Notes: generated by a model not told the origin, from the letters alone. 64,000 bases of DNA from Bacteroidia bacterium (GCA_037968475.1 JBBKVO010000040.1:3126-67125); one strand, 5' to 3'; positions 38,927-48,925 are shown, counted from the stretch's first letter. Numbers and translations: made by a program.

Positions 38927-38934
38927 CAAAGTTA
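38927..38934 (-). promoter_or_regulatory. -7 promoter box (TAACTTTG) for tatA-gatA
   Basis: TAnnTTTG 17 bp upstream of the ATG. Confidence 0.6.
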
Positions 38935-39115
38935 CCAAAAATTTAACAGTTGCTGTCTTTTAGGCAATATTTGTTTTGATAAGTTGTACTGCCTTCTTCA
39001 CTAAATGTTTCTGAGGTAAGAATGAAGTGCTAATTTTAAAATTTGTTGTTAAAGTTTAAAATATTGTGCATTTTTGATGCTTTCTCTATCATTTAATTTA
39101 CTTAACTAACTAAAA

Positions 39116-40594
39116 ATGGAAAACACTATCAGTGCACAAGCATCAAGTTCTGATGCGCCTACCCTAACGGGAGCAGATTTAATGGGACGGATTTACAATG
39201 TACGATACGGTCGCATTGCTCGTTCGTCGTCAGTAAAAACCACACAACTTTTTGATTTTAGTGATGAAACCCACGCCGTTGATATTGGTTCGCTAGGCGA
39301 GTTTTATTTGTCAGAAGATTTGCTTGTTGATGTAACTTTAGAAGACCAAATGGGCGAAGCCACCAGCGAGGTTTTTTATTCAGAAGATGTAAATAACTCT
39401 TTTTCAGTCAATGTAGGTGTAAGTGGGTCAACAGGTTCTTTTTCGGGAGAAATGAGCGACTGTTATTCGCAAACCACCGAAAACTATTACGAAAGCTCTA
39501 TGGCTCTTGCCAAGCAATTTTCGCAGTATTCCATCTACAAAATAATGATGAAGGGTGATGCCGAGTACTGGAGAAGTTTGATGCTATCATCAGTTAATGC
39601 TGATATAAACGGCACCATGGCGGCCAGTGAGGTAGTAAGTAAATACGGTACTCACTTTTTGGCATCGGGTTATTTTGGCGGCGTATGGATGTACGCGCAA
39701 AGTATTTCAAAATACTCATCTACAACCAGTATAGATGTTACCAATACCCTTAGTGCATCAGCAGAGTATGAAGGGGTTGCCATTGACAGCTCTACAACCA
39801 ATGAAAGCAGTACCACTACAACTGAAAGTACTAGCCAAACCGAATTGTTTTTAAATACTATTGGTGGCACCACTACCAGTAGTTACGATGCTTGGCAGGC
39901 ATCAGTTAACGAAGGGAACTGGAATTTAGTGGCCTTTGATAACATAACCAATGTTTCACTACAACCCTTATCGGTATTGGTAGATCCTTCAAATCAGGCA
40001 CGTATTGATGAAATAGATGCCGCTATAAAAGCTGTGCTTACACCATATTCTTTCCAAACACTGTATTGGGAGTCGGATGGTAGCCGCGAAACCATCAATT
40101 CAGGTACGATAGAAAAATCGTTTATTTTAGACCCTGCTACTGAATCGCAAAAAGTAATTATTGGTATAGGGTTAAGTGTTGATGATAGTAATGTATCAGA
40201 ACTTACGGTTAAACTTTTAGATATGCTTACGGGTACTTCCGATTGGTATACGCAAAATTCTGACGGGACACACAAACTTGTTTATAGCGATACCACTGAA
40301 ACGGAAACCGTTTGTGATAATGGTTTTGTTGTTACGGGTATGGGGCTTAATGCCGGCGACCATGAAATGTACCAAAGTGTGCTTTACGGACAGGCTTTTG
40401 ATGTAATGGATGTAGACAAGAATAATTATTTAGGTACACAGATTTATGCCTTTGGGCAAAGCGATGCCGAAACTACTTATAAACCGTCTACTGGTAATGA
40501 TAGGATTATAACTGGTATAGAAATAGGTGTTTACAAAGGAGATGTAGGCGCATTGTATTTATACTTCGGAAAATTTGGCAAAACTGCTGTTTAG
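39116..40594 (+). CDS. MACPF-domain (perforin-like) protein with a threefold-repeat C-terminal domain
   Basis: MACPF signature YGTHF-x6-GG (YGTHFLASGYFGG), MGRIYN, IGG...W..SV, LQPLSVLV. No signal peptide. Confidence 0.85.
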   Translation: MENTISAQASSSDAPTLTGADLMGRIYNVRYGRIARSSSVKTTQLFDFSDETHAVDIGSLGEFYLSEDLLVDVTLEDQMGEATSEVFYSEDVNNSFSVNVGVSGSTGSFSGEMSDCYSQTTENYYESSMALAKQFSQYSIYKIMMKGDAEYWRSLMLSSVNADINGTMAASEVVSKYGTHFLASGYFGGVWMYAQSISKYSSTTSIDVTNTLSASAEYEGVAIDSSTTNESSTTTTESTSQTELFLNTIGGTTTSSYDAWQASVNEGNWNLVAFDNITNVSLQPLSVLVDPSNQARIDEIDAAIKAVLTPYSFQTLYWESDGSRETINSGTIEKSFILDPATESQKVIIGIGLSVDDSNVSELTVKLLDMLTGTSDWYTQNSDGTHKLVYSDTTETETVCDNGFVVTGMGLNAGDHEMYQSVLYGQAFDVMDVDKNNYLGTQIYAFGQSDAETTYKPSTGNDRIITGIEIGVYKGDVGALYLYFGKFGKTAV

Positions 40595-40611
40595 CCTTTA
40601 ATTGAATACTT

Positions 40612-40650
40612 AAAAAACTCCGTGTTGATAGCTCAACACGGAGTTTTTTT
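40612..40650. terminator. Bidirectional intrinsic terminator
   Basis: AAAAAACTCCGTGTTGA-TAGC-TCAACACGGAGTTTTTTT between convergent genes. Confidence 0.88.
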
Positions 40651-40753
40651 ATATTAATTATTGTTTATAATGTCTTACCTCAATTACCTGTGTATTGGCA
40701 GCCCTGTCGCCCAGTCTTCTGCCGTCTTTATCAACCAAAACTAATTTGGTGTA

Positions 40754-41260
40754 TTATGCCTTTGTTTTTAATTTGTTAGTAGTTGCCATTTCTATCAGTC
40801 GTTCCAAATCACCCTCGTTTTTAAAAGCAGTTTTGGGTATAAAATTACCCATGTTTTGTGCTTTCCACAATATTACCCAGTTTTTGGTTTGCTTCACCGC
40901 CACATAGTCTTTCCAAGGGTTTTTCTCTTTTACGGTTTTGCCTTTTATCACTATTTGTTTTTCATCAATAGTATAGTGCAAACGCTCGTGCAAAAGTGGT
41001 AATGTGTTGTATAGGGTGCGTACGCGGTAAAACAAAATTATCGGCAAAGCCAATAATACATACGCAAATACAAGCAACGCAATAATATATATGGGTGATG
41101 AAAACAGCGTATCAGCAGTTAAATTACCCGTAATTATACTTACCAAAAGCATAACAATGGCAGCTGCTAATACTATAATCAAAGCGGGATTGCGGTATAC
41201 AAGAGCATAGTTTAGCTTTATGTATTCTATACCGTTTATTTCAACATCAAGTTCTATCAT
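40754..41260 (-). CDS. YcxB-like membrane protein
   Basis: Two TMs followed by YTIDEKQIVI...W......TKNWVIL......FIPKTAF. Confidence 0.75.
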   Translation of the reverse strand: MIELDVEINGIEYIKLNYALVYRNPALIIVLAAAIVMLLVSIITGNLTADTLFSSPIYIIALLVFAYVLLALPIILFYRVRTLYNTLPLLHERLHYTIDEKQIVIKGKTVKEKNPWKDYVAVKQTKNWVILWKAQNMGNFIPKTAFKNEGDLERLIEMATTNKLKTKA

Positions 41261-41329
41261 AATATTTAAGGGTTTAAATATATGCAAAGCACTATTTAGC
41301 ACAAACACACAGCCTATAAAAGTTTATAC

Positions 41330-41337
41330 TATTTTTG
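41330..41337 (+). promoter_or_regulatory. -7 promoter box (TATTTTTG) for metF
   Basis: TAnnTTTG 20 bp before the ATG. Confidence 0.55.
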
Positions 41338-41357
41338 CATTTCTTTAAACCCAGCTG

Positions 41358-42314
41358 ATGAAAATTGTTGACCATATAAAAAATGCTAAAGGTAAAACCC
41401 TTTTTTCGTTCGAGATACTTCCTCCATTAAAAGGTAAGGGCATTGAAAGTATATACGAGGGTATTGACCCTTTGCTTGAATTTAAGCCCAAGTTTGTTGA
41501 TGTAACCTACCACCGTGAGGAGTACATAGAGAAAAAACTGGCGGATGGAAGTTACCGCAAAATAACCACTAAAAAACGTCCCGGTACGGTGGCTATTTGC
41601 GCAGCTATAATGAATAAATACCATGTTGATGCTGTGCCGCACCTTATTTGTGGTGGTTTTAGCAAAGAAGAAACAGAGAATGCCCTAATAGACCTTGCAT
41701 TTTTGGGCATTGATAATGTTTTGGCTTTGCGTGGTGATAATGCTAAAGGCGAAAAAACATTTACGCCTGATGCTAATGGAAACAAAAACGCACTAGAATT
41801 GCTTGAGCAAATACAAAACATGAACAATGGGGCATATATGGATGAAGAATTATCGGATGCTTTCCCAACAAAGTTTTGTGCAGGTGTAGCCGGTTATCCT
41901 GAGAAACACCAAGATGCACCCAATATAAAAAGCGATTTAAACTTTTTGAAAAGGAAGGTTGATGCGGGTGCAGAATTTATTGTTACTCAAATGTTTTATG
42001 ATAACAGTAAGTACTTTGAGTTTGTAGATAAATGCAGAGAAGCGGGCATAAACGTACCCATAATACCAGGGCTTAAACCACTTACTACCAAAAAGCAACT
42101 GTTTATACTGCCCAATCTGTTCCACATGGATATTCCCGAAGAGTTATCAGAAGCGGTAGAGACTTGCAAAGACAATAATCAAGTAACGCAAGTGGGTATA
42201 GAGTGGGCCATACAACAATCGAAAGAATTAAAAGAAAAAGGTGCGCCCGTACTGCATTATTACACCATGGGTAGAAGCGAAGCCACTTATAAAATTGCCA
42301 AAGAAGTATTTTAA
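41358..42314 (+). CDS. metF: 5,10-methylenetetrahydrofolate reductase
   Basis: FSFEILPP, VPHLIC, LALRGD, VAGYPEKH, KVDAGAEFIVTQMF, LHYYTM. Confidence 0.96.
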   Translation: MKIVDHIKNAKGKTLFSFEILPPLKGKGIESIYEGIDPLLEFKPKFVDVTYHREEYIEKKLADGSYRKITTKKRPGTVAICAAIMNKYHVDAVPHLICGGFSKEETENALIDLAFLGIDNVLALRGDNAKGEKTFTPDANGNKNALELLEQIQNMNNGAYMDEELSDAFPTKFCAGVAGYPEKHQDAPNIKSDLNFLKRKVDAGAEFIVTQMFYDNSKYFEFVDKCREAGINVPIIPGLKPLTTKKQLFILPNLFHMDIPEELSEAVETCKDNNQVTQVGIEWAIQQSKELKEKGAPVLHYYTMGRSEATYKIAKEVF

Positions 42315-42398
42315 AATCGATTTTATGTTTAAAGTTTTACGTTTTCGGTTAAATGCCAAAAAGTAACTTAAAACAGTAGACTGGAAACTGGAAACTAA

Positions 42399-43322
42399 AT
42401 GCAAGCCATTATTACCAAATCAACAGGCAGTTGGTACGATGCCAAAGATACCACGGGTAAATTGTGGCGCGCTCGTATTAAAGGTAAATTCAGGCTACAA
42501 GGTATTAAAAGCACCAACCCCATAGCAGTGGGCGATGTGGTAGAAATAGAACCTGAGGGAAATGAAGACGACCTTGCGCTGATAGATAAGCTATACGAAC
42601 GCAAAAACTACATTATTCGCAAAAGCAATAATTTAAGCAAACAAACCCAAATAATAGCCTCTAATATTGATTTAGCGGCATTGGTAGTAACCCTTGCACT
42701 TCCGCGTACATCGCAGGGGTTTATAGATAGGTTTTTGGTAACCGCCGAAGCTTACCGCATACCTGCTATATTGGTATTTAACAAAACCGATATATATGCT
42801 GAAGAAGGCGAGGACTTATTAAGCTATTACGAGAAAATGTTTGAGCCACTGGGTTACCAATGTTTTAGAGTATCAGCCTTGCAAGGCGAGAACCTTGATG
42901 TATTGCGTAATTATTTAAAAGGTAAAACCACCCTTGTATCAGGGCATTCAGGAGTTGGTAAATCAACTTTATTAAATGCTTTGTGGGAGGGAATAGGGCA
43001 AAAAACAGGCATTATTTCCGATTTCTCGAGCAAAGGAAAACATACCACTACTTTTGCCGAAATGTTTGAGCCTGAAGAAGGCACACGCATAATAGACACT
43101 CCGGGTATAAAAAACTTAGGTTTGGTAGATATGGAGCAAGAAATGGTATCACATTATTTTCCTGAAATGAGATCGTTGATACAAAATTGCCGATTTAATA
43201 ATTGTATACACACCAACGAGCCTGATTGTGCTATTAAAAATGCCGTTGAGGATGGAAGTATAAGTGCTGAGCGTTATTTTAGCTACCTAAGCATATTAAG
43301 CAATGAGGATATTTATAATTAG
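42399..43322 (+). CDS. rsgA: Small ribosomal subunit biogenesis GTPase
   Basis: NKTD, GHSGVGKS, GKHTTT, DTPG, CRFNNCIHTNEPDC. Confidence 0.96.
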   Translation: MQAIITKSTGSWYDAKDTTGKLWRARIKGKFRLQGIKSTNPIAVGDVVEIEPEGNEDDLALIDKLYERKNYIIRKSNNLSKQTQIIASNIDLAALVVTLALPRTSQGFIDRFLVTAEAYRIPAILVFNKTDIYAEEGEDLLSYYEKMFEPLGYQCFRVSALQGENLDVLRNYLKGKTTLVSGHSGVGKSTLLNALWEGIGQKTGIISDFSSKGKHTTTFAEMFEPEEGTRIIDTPGIKNLGLVDMEQEMVSHYFPEMRSLIQNCRFNNCIHTNEPDCAIKNAVEDGSISAERYFSYLSILSNEDIYN

Positions 43323-43505
43323 CCCAATTATTAGTAATTCTGTTTATCATGCAAATTTACCACTTGGGTAGTTTATAGCTCTTGTAGTTTGTTTCTTGTT
43401 AACATAGAATTAATTTCTCCTGTTTTGGTTTTTTGTCAATTTTAACCTTACTTTGAGTATTGCATAAAACTATCAAACATGCACTATCAATTTTCTTAAA
43501 GAATC

Positions 43506-45284
43506 ATGAAAAAACTCCTACTTATTGTTTTGGCGCTAACAGGGTTAGCGGCAAATGGACAGTATTTCCAACACATTTACGGAACTACTGACGGCGAAAA
43601 ACTATCATCAGGTGTCAACACCAATGTATTAGGCTTAGGCCATTTTTTAGTTGGTCATGCAGGTCAAAACGGTCTTGCAGTATCACGTACTGATGTAAAT
43701 GGCGATGTTACAGGCGCACCTTATTTTAATGGTTGGTATCAAATAGCCAGCTCAATTACCGGTGCCATTGTTAATGTTTCAGAATCAAAATGTTTTGAGA
43801 TGGACAATGGGGCAGGCTTCGGTATTGTGGGTCAGTTTACCGATATAAGTATCGGCTCGCCCAATACAGGTATTTTTTATTTACAACTAGACCCTATGGG
43901 TAATGTAGTAAATATATTTACATACCTACCTGCAGGCGGTGTTGCGGTTAATGTACGCAATGTTAGCAGTGTAGCAGAATCAGTAATTAGCGGCGGAAAC
44001 GAGGTGTATGTAACGGGTTCAACTCACGATGCGGGCAGTACACGTTTAGATGCATTTGCTATGAAACTGGATATGAATTCTGGTGCACTTATTTGGTCGG
44101 CAGTTTATGATATTAACTTAAACTTTGGATCAGGTCTTACCAGTGCCTGGGATATTATAGAAAGTCCTTATATGCCTGCGGGAGTTGATGAGGTAGTAAT
44201 AGTTGGTGGTATTAGAGAACCGATTGCCGGTGCACGTTTAGATGGATTTACTTTACGTGTTGACGCTAACACTGGTAACCCTGTGGCTAATGTAGACCTT
44301 TATGGAACGACTGCATCAACTGATGAGTTTTTCTCAATCTCAGTAGCTAACAGCACTACAGGTGGTAGTGATGGTTTTATTTTGGGTGGACGCAGCAATT
44401 TTAATGGCAGCATTGATGCTTGGGTGATGAAAACTGATCAAGTTTTGATGACTCTTTGGGCTAATGTATTTGATTATAACGCTATACCCGGGGTGGAGAA
44501 TGTATGCAACGATATTATAGAAAGACTTAATACATCAGGAGTGTATGAATACTATGCTGCTGGCTATGTAAACGGTGGTGTATTTGGTAACTATGATATG
44601 GTGGTAGAAAAAATGGACGATAACGGAACAGGCCTTGCCCTTGGTGAGTTTACCTATGGTGATGCTCGTTTGGATTATGGTATTGCTATTGACCAATACA
44701 ACAATACAGGATCTGACGGTATTAGCTTTTTTGGTTTCCGTGAAGGAGCAGCACCACCAATAATTAATGGTAACTACGATATGTTTTTGGTAAAAGCATA
44801 TTTTAACGGTGTAACCGCTTGTAATTATAAACTTACAGATGCTAAAGACCAACCGGGTCCAAAATATTATAATTCAGTGGGTGTAGGTGTTGTAGATATG
44901 ATAAATCCTGATGTAACATTTAACTGGAATGTAGCCGGAGCACACGATTTTAAAGTATGTTTCAGCACAGCAGTTTCAAGCGGCAGTAACGCACGTGTAG
45001 CACCAGTAGAAACAGGTGATAAACAAGCCGTTGTATCGCCTAACCCTATGCAGGCAGGTAGTAATGCTATTGATATAACTATTGAAAGCGAAACTGCCAC
45101 CACTGCTAGTGTAGCCATATACGATATGCTAGGCAGAGAGTATTATAATGGCACTATAAACCTTGCCAAAGGTGCTAATACTATGCCTATTGATATTAGC
45201 AAAGCTAATATGAGCGCAGGTACATACACGGTGCGCTTAAACATAAACAATGAAAACAAAACTATGTTGCTAATGGTGAAATAG
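43506..45284 (+). CDS. T9SS-sorted protein with beta-propeller-like repeats
   Basis: Signal peptide, repeated DAF.MK.D..G..IW motifs, CTD VSPNP...IYDMLGR...AGTYTVRL. Confidence 0.82.
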   Translation: MKKLLLIVLALTGLAANGQYFQHIYGTTDGEKLSSGVNTNVLGLGHFLVGHAGQNGLAVSRTDVNGDVTGAPYFNGWYQIASSITGAIVNVSESKCFEMDNGAGFGIVGQFTDISIGSPNTGIFYLQLDPMGNVVNIFTYLPAGGVAVNVRNVSSVAESVISGGNEVYVTGSTHDAGSTRLDAFAMKLDMNSGALIWSAVYDINLNFGSGLTSAWDIIESPYMPAGVDEVVIVGGIREPIAGARLDGFTLRVDANTGNPVANVDLYGTTASTDEFFSISVANSTTGGSDGFILGGRSNFNGSIDAWVMKTDQVLMTLWANVFDYNAIPGVENVCNDIIERLNTSGVYEYYAAGYVNGGVFGNYDMVVEKMDDNGTGLALGEFTYGDARLDYGIAIDQYNNTGSDGISFFGFREGAAPPIINGNYDMFLVKAYFNGVTACNYKLTDAKDQPGPKYYNSVGVGVVDMINPDVTFNWNVAGAHDFKVCFSTAVSSGSNARVAPVETGDKQAVVSPNPMQAGSNAIDITIESETATTASVAIYDMLGREYYNGTINLAKGANTMPIDISKANMSAGTYTVRLNINNENKTMLLMVK

Positions 45285-45309
45285 CAACGAGCAAATATTT
45301 TGGTACTTT

Positions 45310-45339
45310 AAAAGGTCGGCTATAAGCCGACCTTTTTTT
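45310..45339 (+). terminator. Intrinsic terminator
   Basis: AAAAGGTCGGCT-ATA-AGCCGACCTTTTTTT. Confidence 0.88.
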
Positions 45340-45361
45340 GTTTTTAGGGATTGAATTAGGG

Positions 45362-45404
45362 GCTCGATATTTGTCAAATTTTGAAAATTTGACAAATATC
45401 GAGC
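45362..45404. repeat. Perfect 21-bp-arm inverted repeat (TTTGTCAAA..TTTGACAAA core)
   Basis: GCTCGATATTTGTCAAATTTT-G-AAAATTTGACAAATATCGAGC. Confidence 0.93.
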
Positions 45405-45422
45405 GGCAGCGAACGAGGGCGG

Positions 45423-45590
45423 GTGTGCGATTGCTGTCATACTAGCGCAGTCGAAGTACTGTGCAGTGCGGCTGCCCGTCATTCCCTTGTAAAAGGGAAT
45501 CCGTGCGGAGGGACAGGGCTAAAAAGCATCGCCTATCACACATCCCGAATACATTCGGGACTCCTTCGCAGGAATGACCGCCCACCGCAC
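45423..45590 (+). repeat. Composite REP/MITE-like element, left of the RM gene
   Basis: GTCA..GTCGAAG unit plus GTGCGG-GTCATTCC..GGAATC ... GCAGGAATGAC-CCGCAC, colinear with 48961-49111. Confidence 0.75.
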
Positions 45591-45763
45591 TATACTGCCA
45601 TGTAAATAGGTACTTGCAATTCACCACAAAAAAAGGTCGAGGCTACTCGCCCCAACCTTTTTTGTTTTTTAAAGTGTGCATATATACTTTACAAATTTGT
45701 AAAATGTCATTACATATTTGTAAAATGTAATAACATTGTGGTTATTACTTAGATCAATTTAAA

Positions 45764-48700
45764 TTGACCGATACATTACTAAAACATATAAGCGCATATT
45801 ATAATACGGTAAAGCAAGCACAAAGCGAAGCCGCTAAGAAAGAGGCTTTAAAAGATTTGCTAAATCGACAATATAGCAATAGCCCTGAAGTGCTAAAGCA
45901 GATTGACCGTATTACATTAGGAGCTGAAAAAGTAGTATTTAATATTCCCAAAGCAGGGAATAAAAAAACAGGTAGGGCAGATACGCTTTACAACAATATT
46001 ATTATTGAGTTTGAAAAAGACCTGCGCCGTTCGGGCGAACACGCAAAAGAACAACTTGCCGAATATTTTTTGGGTTCATACCACAGTGGAAAAGAATATA
46101 ATCTCACCTTAATAATTACCGATTGTATTACATGGCGGGTGTATGTGCCCTCATTAGAAACTTTTGAAAAGATAGAAACAGTTCAGCCCCACGAGGTTGT
46201 TCTGGATGAATTAAAAGGGGGTGATTTTACCTTAACCGAACACAATGGCAAGGATTTTTTCTATTATATCGACCGTTTTTTGTTTCGTAGTCAAAAGCAA
46301 AAAGCTACCCTTGCTTATATAGAACAAGATTTTGGGTTACAATCACAAGTATTTATAAACACATTTAATGCATTAAAATTACATTTTAATGATGTTAAAC
46401 AATTGGGCGAATTGCAAGTATCGTTTGAGCAATGGCGAAAGTTTTTACACATTGCCTATGGTATAAAAGATTTACCCGCTGATATTTTTCTTATCCATAC
46501 CTATTTAAGTGTATTTGCTAAACTATTGGCATATACAGTACTTACCGATGATGATTTTATTGACGATAAAGAGCTAGAACAAATAGTACATGGCGATATT
46601 TTTGAAACCCTAAACGTAAAAAACCTTACCGATAACGATTTTTTTTACTGGGTAAAAAGCCCGCGCAGTTTTCCAGTGCTTAAAGCAGCATTTAGGGAAA
46701 TAGCCCACCAATTGGGCAACTATACTTTTAAAGATGTTGATGAGGATGTACTAAAGGGTGTTTACCAAGAATTAATTGATTTGGATACCCGCCACGCACT
46801 GGGTGAGTATTATACACCCGATTGGTTGTGCCAGAAAGTAGTAGCAGAACTGCCCATTAAACAAAACCAAAAAGTGCTTGACCCATCGTGCGGTAGTGGC
46901 TCGTTTTTACGTACGGTGGTGGATAAACTAAAGGCTGAAAACCCTGCAATAACTGCCGAGCAACTGGCTACACAAGTATATGGTATAGATATACACCCCC
47001 TAAGTGTGCAAATAGCTAAAACTACTTTACTGGTGGCTATTGGCAAAAACCTTATACGCAATGCCCGTAAGCCCATATCGTTAAACGTTTTTTTATCCAA
47101 CACTATACTTGTGCCTGATGGTGTAGATAATTTATTTGGGGGCGATTTTAAAGTAAGTATTGATAGCGAGAAGCATATAGTAAGCACCAATGTACTAAAC
47201 GATATGCAAATGTTTGATGAGGCCATGAACGTGGCCGACACATTGGCTGATTTGGTGATAGGCAAGCAAGCGCACAATACAGAAACGTTTTTTAATAATC
47301 TGAAAAAAAGCTACCCACAAGGGGCTTTTACCAATGCTGATATTGAAAGTTTTTATAAAATATACCTAGCACTTAAAAAAGTAAAAGAAGCGGGGCGCGA
47401 TAGTATTTGGAAGTTTATACTGCAAAATACCTACAAACCCTATTTTTTGCGTGAGCAGTTTGATTTTGTGGTAGGCAACCCCCCGTGGTTTACTTACAGC
47501 AGTGTAAAAAACGAAGAATACCAAAACGAGTTATATCAATTGGCTGATAAATACGAGGTATTGCCCGGTAGCCGTGCCAATATGCCCCACCTTGAAATTG
47601 CGGCTATTTTTCTTGCCCATGCCTCAGCATATTTTTTAAAGCAAGGCGGGCAACTGGCTTTTGTATTGCCCCGTAGTTTTATGAGTGCCGACCAACACGA
47701 AAATACCCGCAGCGGCAAAGCTAAGGGTTTCACCATTACCCAAATATGGGATATGCAGGGGGTTAACAACCTTTTTAGAGTGCCTTGCTGTGTATTTTTT
47801 ACCCAACGCAACGGCAAAAGCGATTATAAAAAAGGAATTGCAGGCCAATTGCTTAGTGGTAATATTAAAAAACACAACAGCAGCTATGCCGAGGTGATGC
47901 AAGGCAGCGGGCTTAAAAGCCAAGCAACAACGTTTTATTATGCCACTTTGGGAAAATCGAGTGCGTTTAGTATTACTGAGCAAAAGGGAAAAAACAAAGT
48001 AAGCCACTATAAAAAACTGTTTAAGCAAGGGGCTACCATAGTGCCCCGCAATTTTTATTTTGTTGAGCTGGCGCAAGATGCACCGCCCGACTGGGACGAA
48101 CGCCTGATAAGCGTGAAAACCAGTGCCGAAAGCATAGCACAGGCAAAAAAACCTTGGAAAGAAATAGAAATGCACGGAGCTATTGATAGCCGCTTTTTTT
48201 TCCGTACGGCCATAGCAAAAAACATATTGCCTTTTGCACTGCACCACCCCGAACTTATTGTGTTGCCTGCCGAAGTAGATATAAACAACCGCCTGCAACT
48301 GCTAACCCACGAAGAAATTTTGAGGCAAGGATATTATCATAGTGCTAAATGGTTTAGTGAGGTAGAAAATTATTGGAATACTTATAAAACCGAAAAGAAT
48401 AAAAAAATTAATAGTGTCGATTATGTCAATTGGCAAAACAAACTTACTGTTCAGGATTTAGATAAAAATCATTTAGTTTTATATAACTCGTCTGCTAAAG
48501 ATGCTAATGCAACAGTTGTTAATAGAGAAGATATTGACCTTACTTTTATTATTGAAAGCACAACCTATTGGATTGCAACAAATAATTTAAACGAGGCTAA
48601 TTATTTAACAGTCATTCTTAACTCTGACAAAACCAACGAGATAATAAAATCATTTCAAGCAAAAGGTTTATTTGGAGAACGTCATGTTCACAAAAAAATA

Positions 48701-48925
48701 TTAGATGTGCCTTTTCCTCGCTATGCTGAAAGTAATAAAACCCACCAGCAATTGGCTGCACTGGGGCAAAGCTGTCACCAGCTTACCCAAGAGTTTTTGG
48801 CAACACAAAACTTACCTGCTCACCTAAACCCCCGTGATTTGGGTAGGTTGCGTACCCAGATAAAAAAGCACCTGCAACCTCAATTAACCGAAATTGACGA
48901 ATGTGTAGGGAAGATTTTAAAATAA
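45764..48925 (+). CDS. Type IIG-like restriction endonuclease/N6-adenine methyltransferase fusion
   Basis: N-terminal RAD...IIEFEK PD-(D/E)xK-like nuclease, GEYYTP, VLDPSCGSGSFL (motif I), VGNPPW (motif IV), C-terminal TRD-like region. TTG start. Confidence 0.85.
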   Translation: MTDTLLKHISAYYNTVKQAQSEAAKKEALKDLLNRQYSNSPEVLKQIDRITLGAEKVVFNIPKAGNKKTGRADTLYNNIIIEFEKDLRRSGEHAKEQLAEYFLGSYHSGKEYNLTLIITDCITWRVYVPSLETFEKIETVQPHEVVLDELKGGDFTLTEHNGKDFFYYIDRFLFRSQKQKATLAYIEQDFGLQSQVFINTFNALKLHFNDVKQLGELQVSFEQWRKFLHIAYGIKDLPADIFLIHTYLSVFAKLLAYTVLTDDDFIDDKELEQIVHGDIFETLNVKNLTDNDFFYWVKSPRSFPVLKAAFREIAHQLGNYTFKDVDEDVLKGVYQELIDLDTRHALGEYYTPDWLCQKVVAELPIKQNQKVLDPSCGSGSFLRTVVDKLKAENPAITAEQLATQVYGIDIHPLSVQIAKTTLLVAIGKNLIRNARKPISLNVFLSNTILVPDGVDNLFGGDFKVSIDSEKHIVSTNVLNDMQMFDEAMNVADTLADLVIGKQAHNTETFFNNLKKSYPQGAFTNADIESFYKIYLALKKVKEAGRDSIWKFILQNTYKPYFLREQFDFVVGNPPWFTYSSVKNEEYQNELYQLADKYEVLPGSRANMPHLEIAAIFLAHASAYFLKQGGQLAFVLPRSFMSADQHENTRSGKAKGFTITQIWDMQGVNNLFRVPCCVFFTQRNGKSDYKKGIAGQLLSGNIKKHNSSYAEVMQGSGLKSQATTFYYATLGKSSAFSITEQKGKNKVSHYKKLFKQGATIVPRNFYFVELAQDAPPDWDERLISVKTSAESIAQAKKPWKEIEMHGAIDSRFFFRTAIAKNILPFALHHPELIVLPAEVDINNRLQLLTHEEILRQGYYHSAKWFSEVENYWNTYKTEKNKKINSVDYVNWQNKLTVQDLDKNHLVLYNSSAKDANATVVNREDIDLTFIIESTTYWIATNNLNEANYLTVILNSDKTNEIIKSFQAKGLFGERHVHKKILDVPFPRYAESNKTHQQLAALGQSCHQLTQEFLATQNLPAHLNPRDLGRLRTQIKKHLQPQLTEIDECVGKILK

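Noticed and set aside
38679-40594. Tat export of the MACPF protein because tatA is adjacent
   Set aside because: There is no twin-arginine leader, and tatA is divergent and belongs to the tatA-gatA-mltD-like run
41261-41357. SAM or cobalamin riboswitch upstream of metF; FMN riboswitch upstream of ribH
   Set aside because: The metF promoter box is only 20 bp from the ATG and ribH has a 14-bp gap, leaving no room and no recognisable consensus
47636-48298. Long antisense ORFs (also 22017-22613, 33808-34302, 5723-6184, 50608-51060)
   Set aside because: Shadow frames fully inside well-supported genes, with no motifs
45764-48925. BREX PglX or DISARM system
   Set aside because: Solitary gene with no brx, pglZ or drm partners nearby
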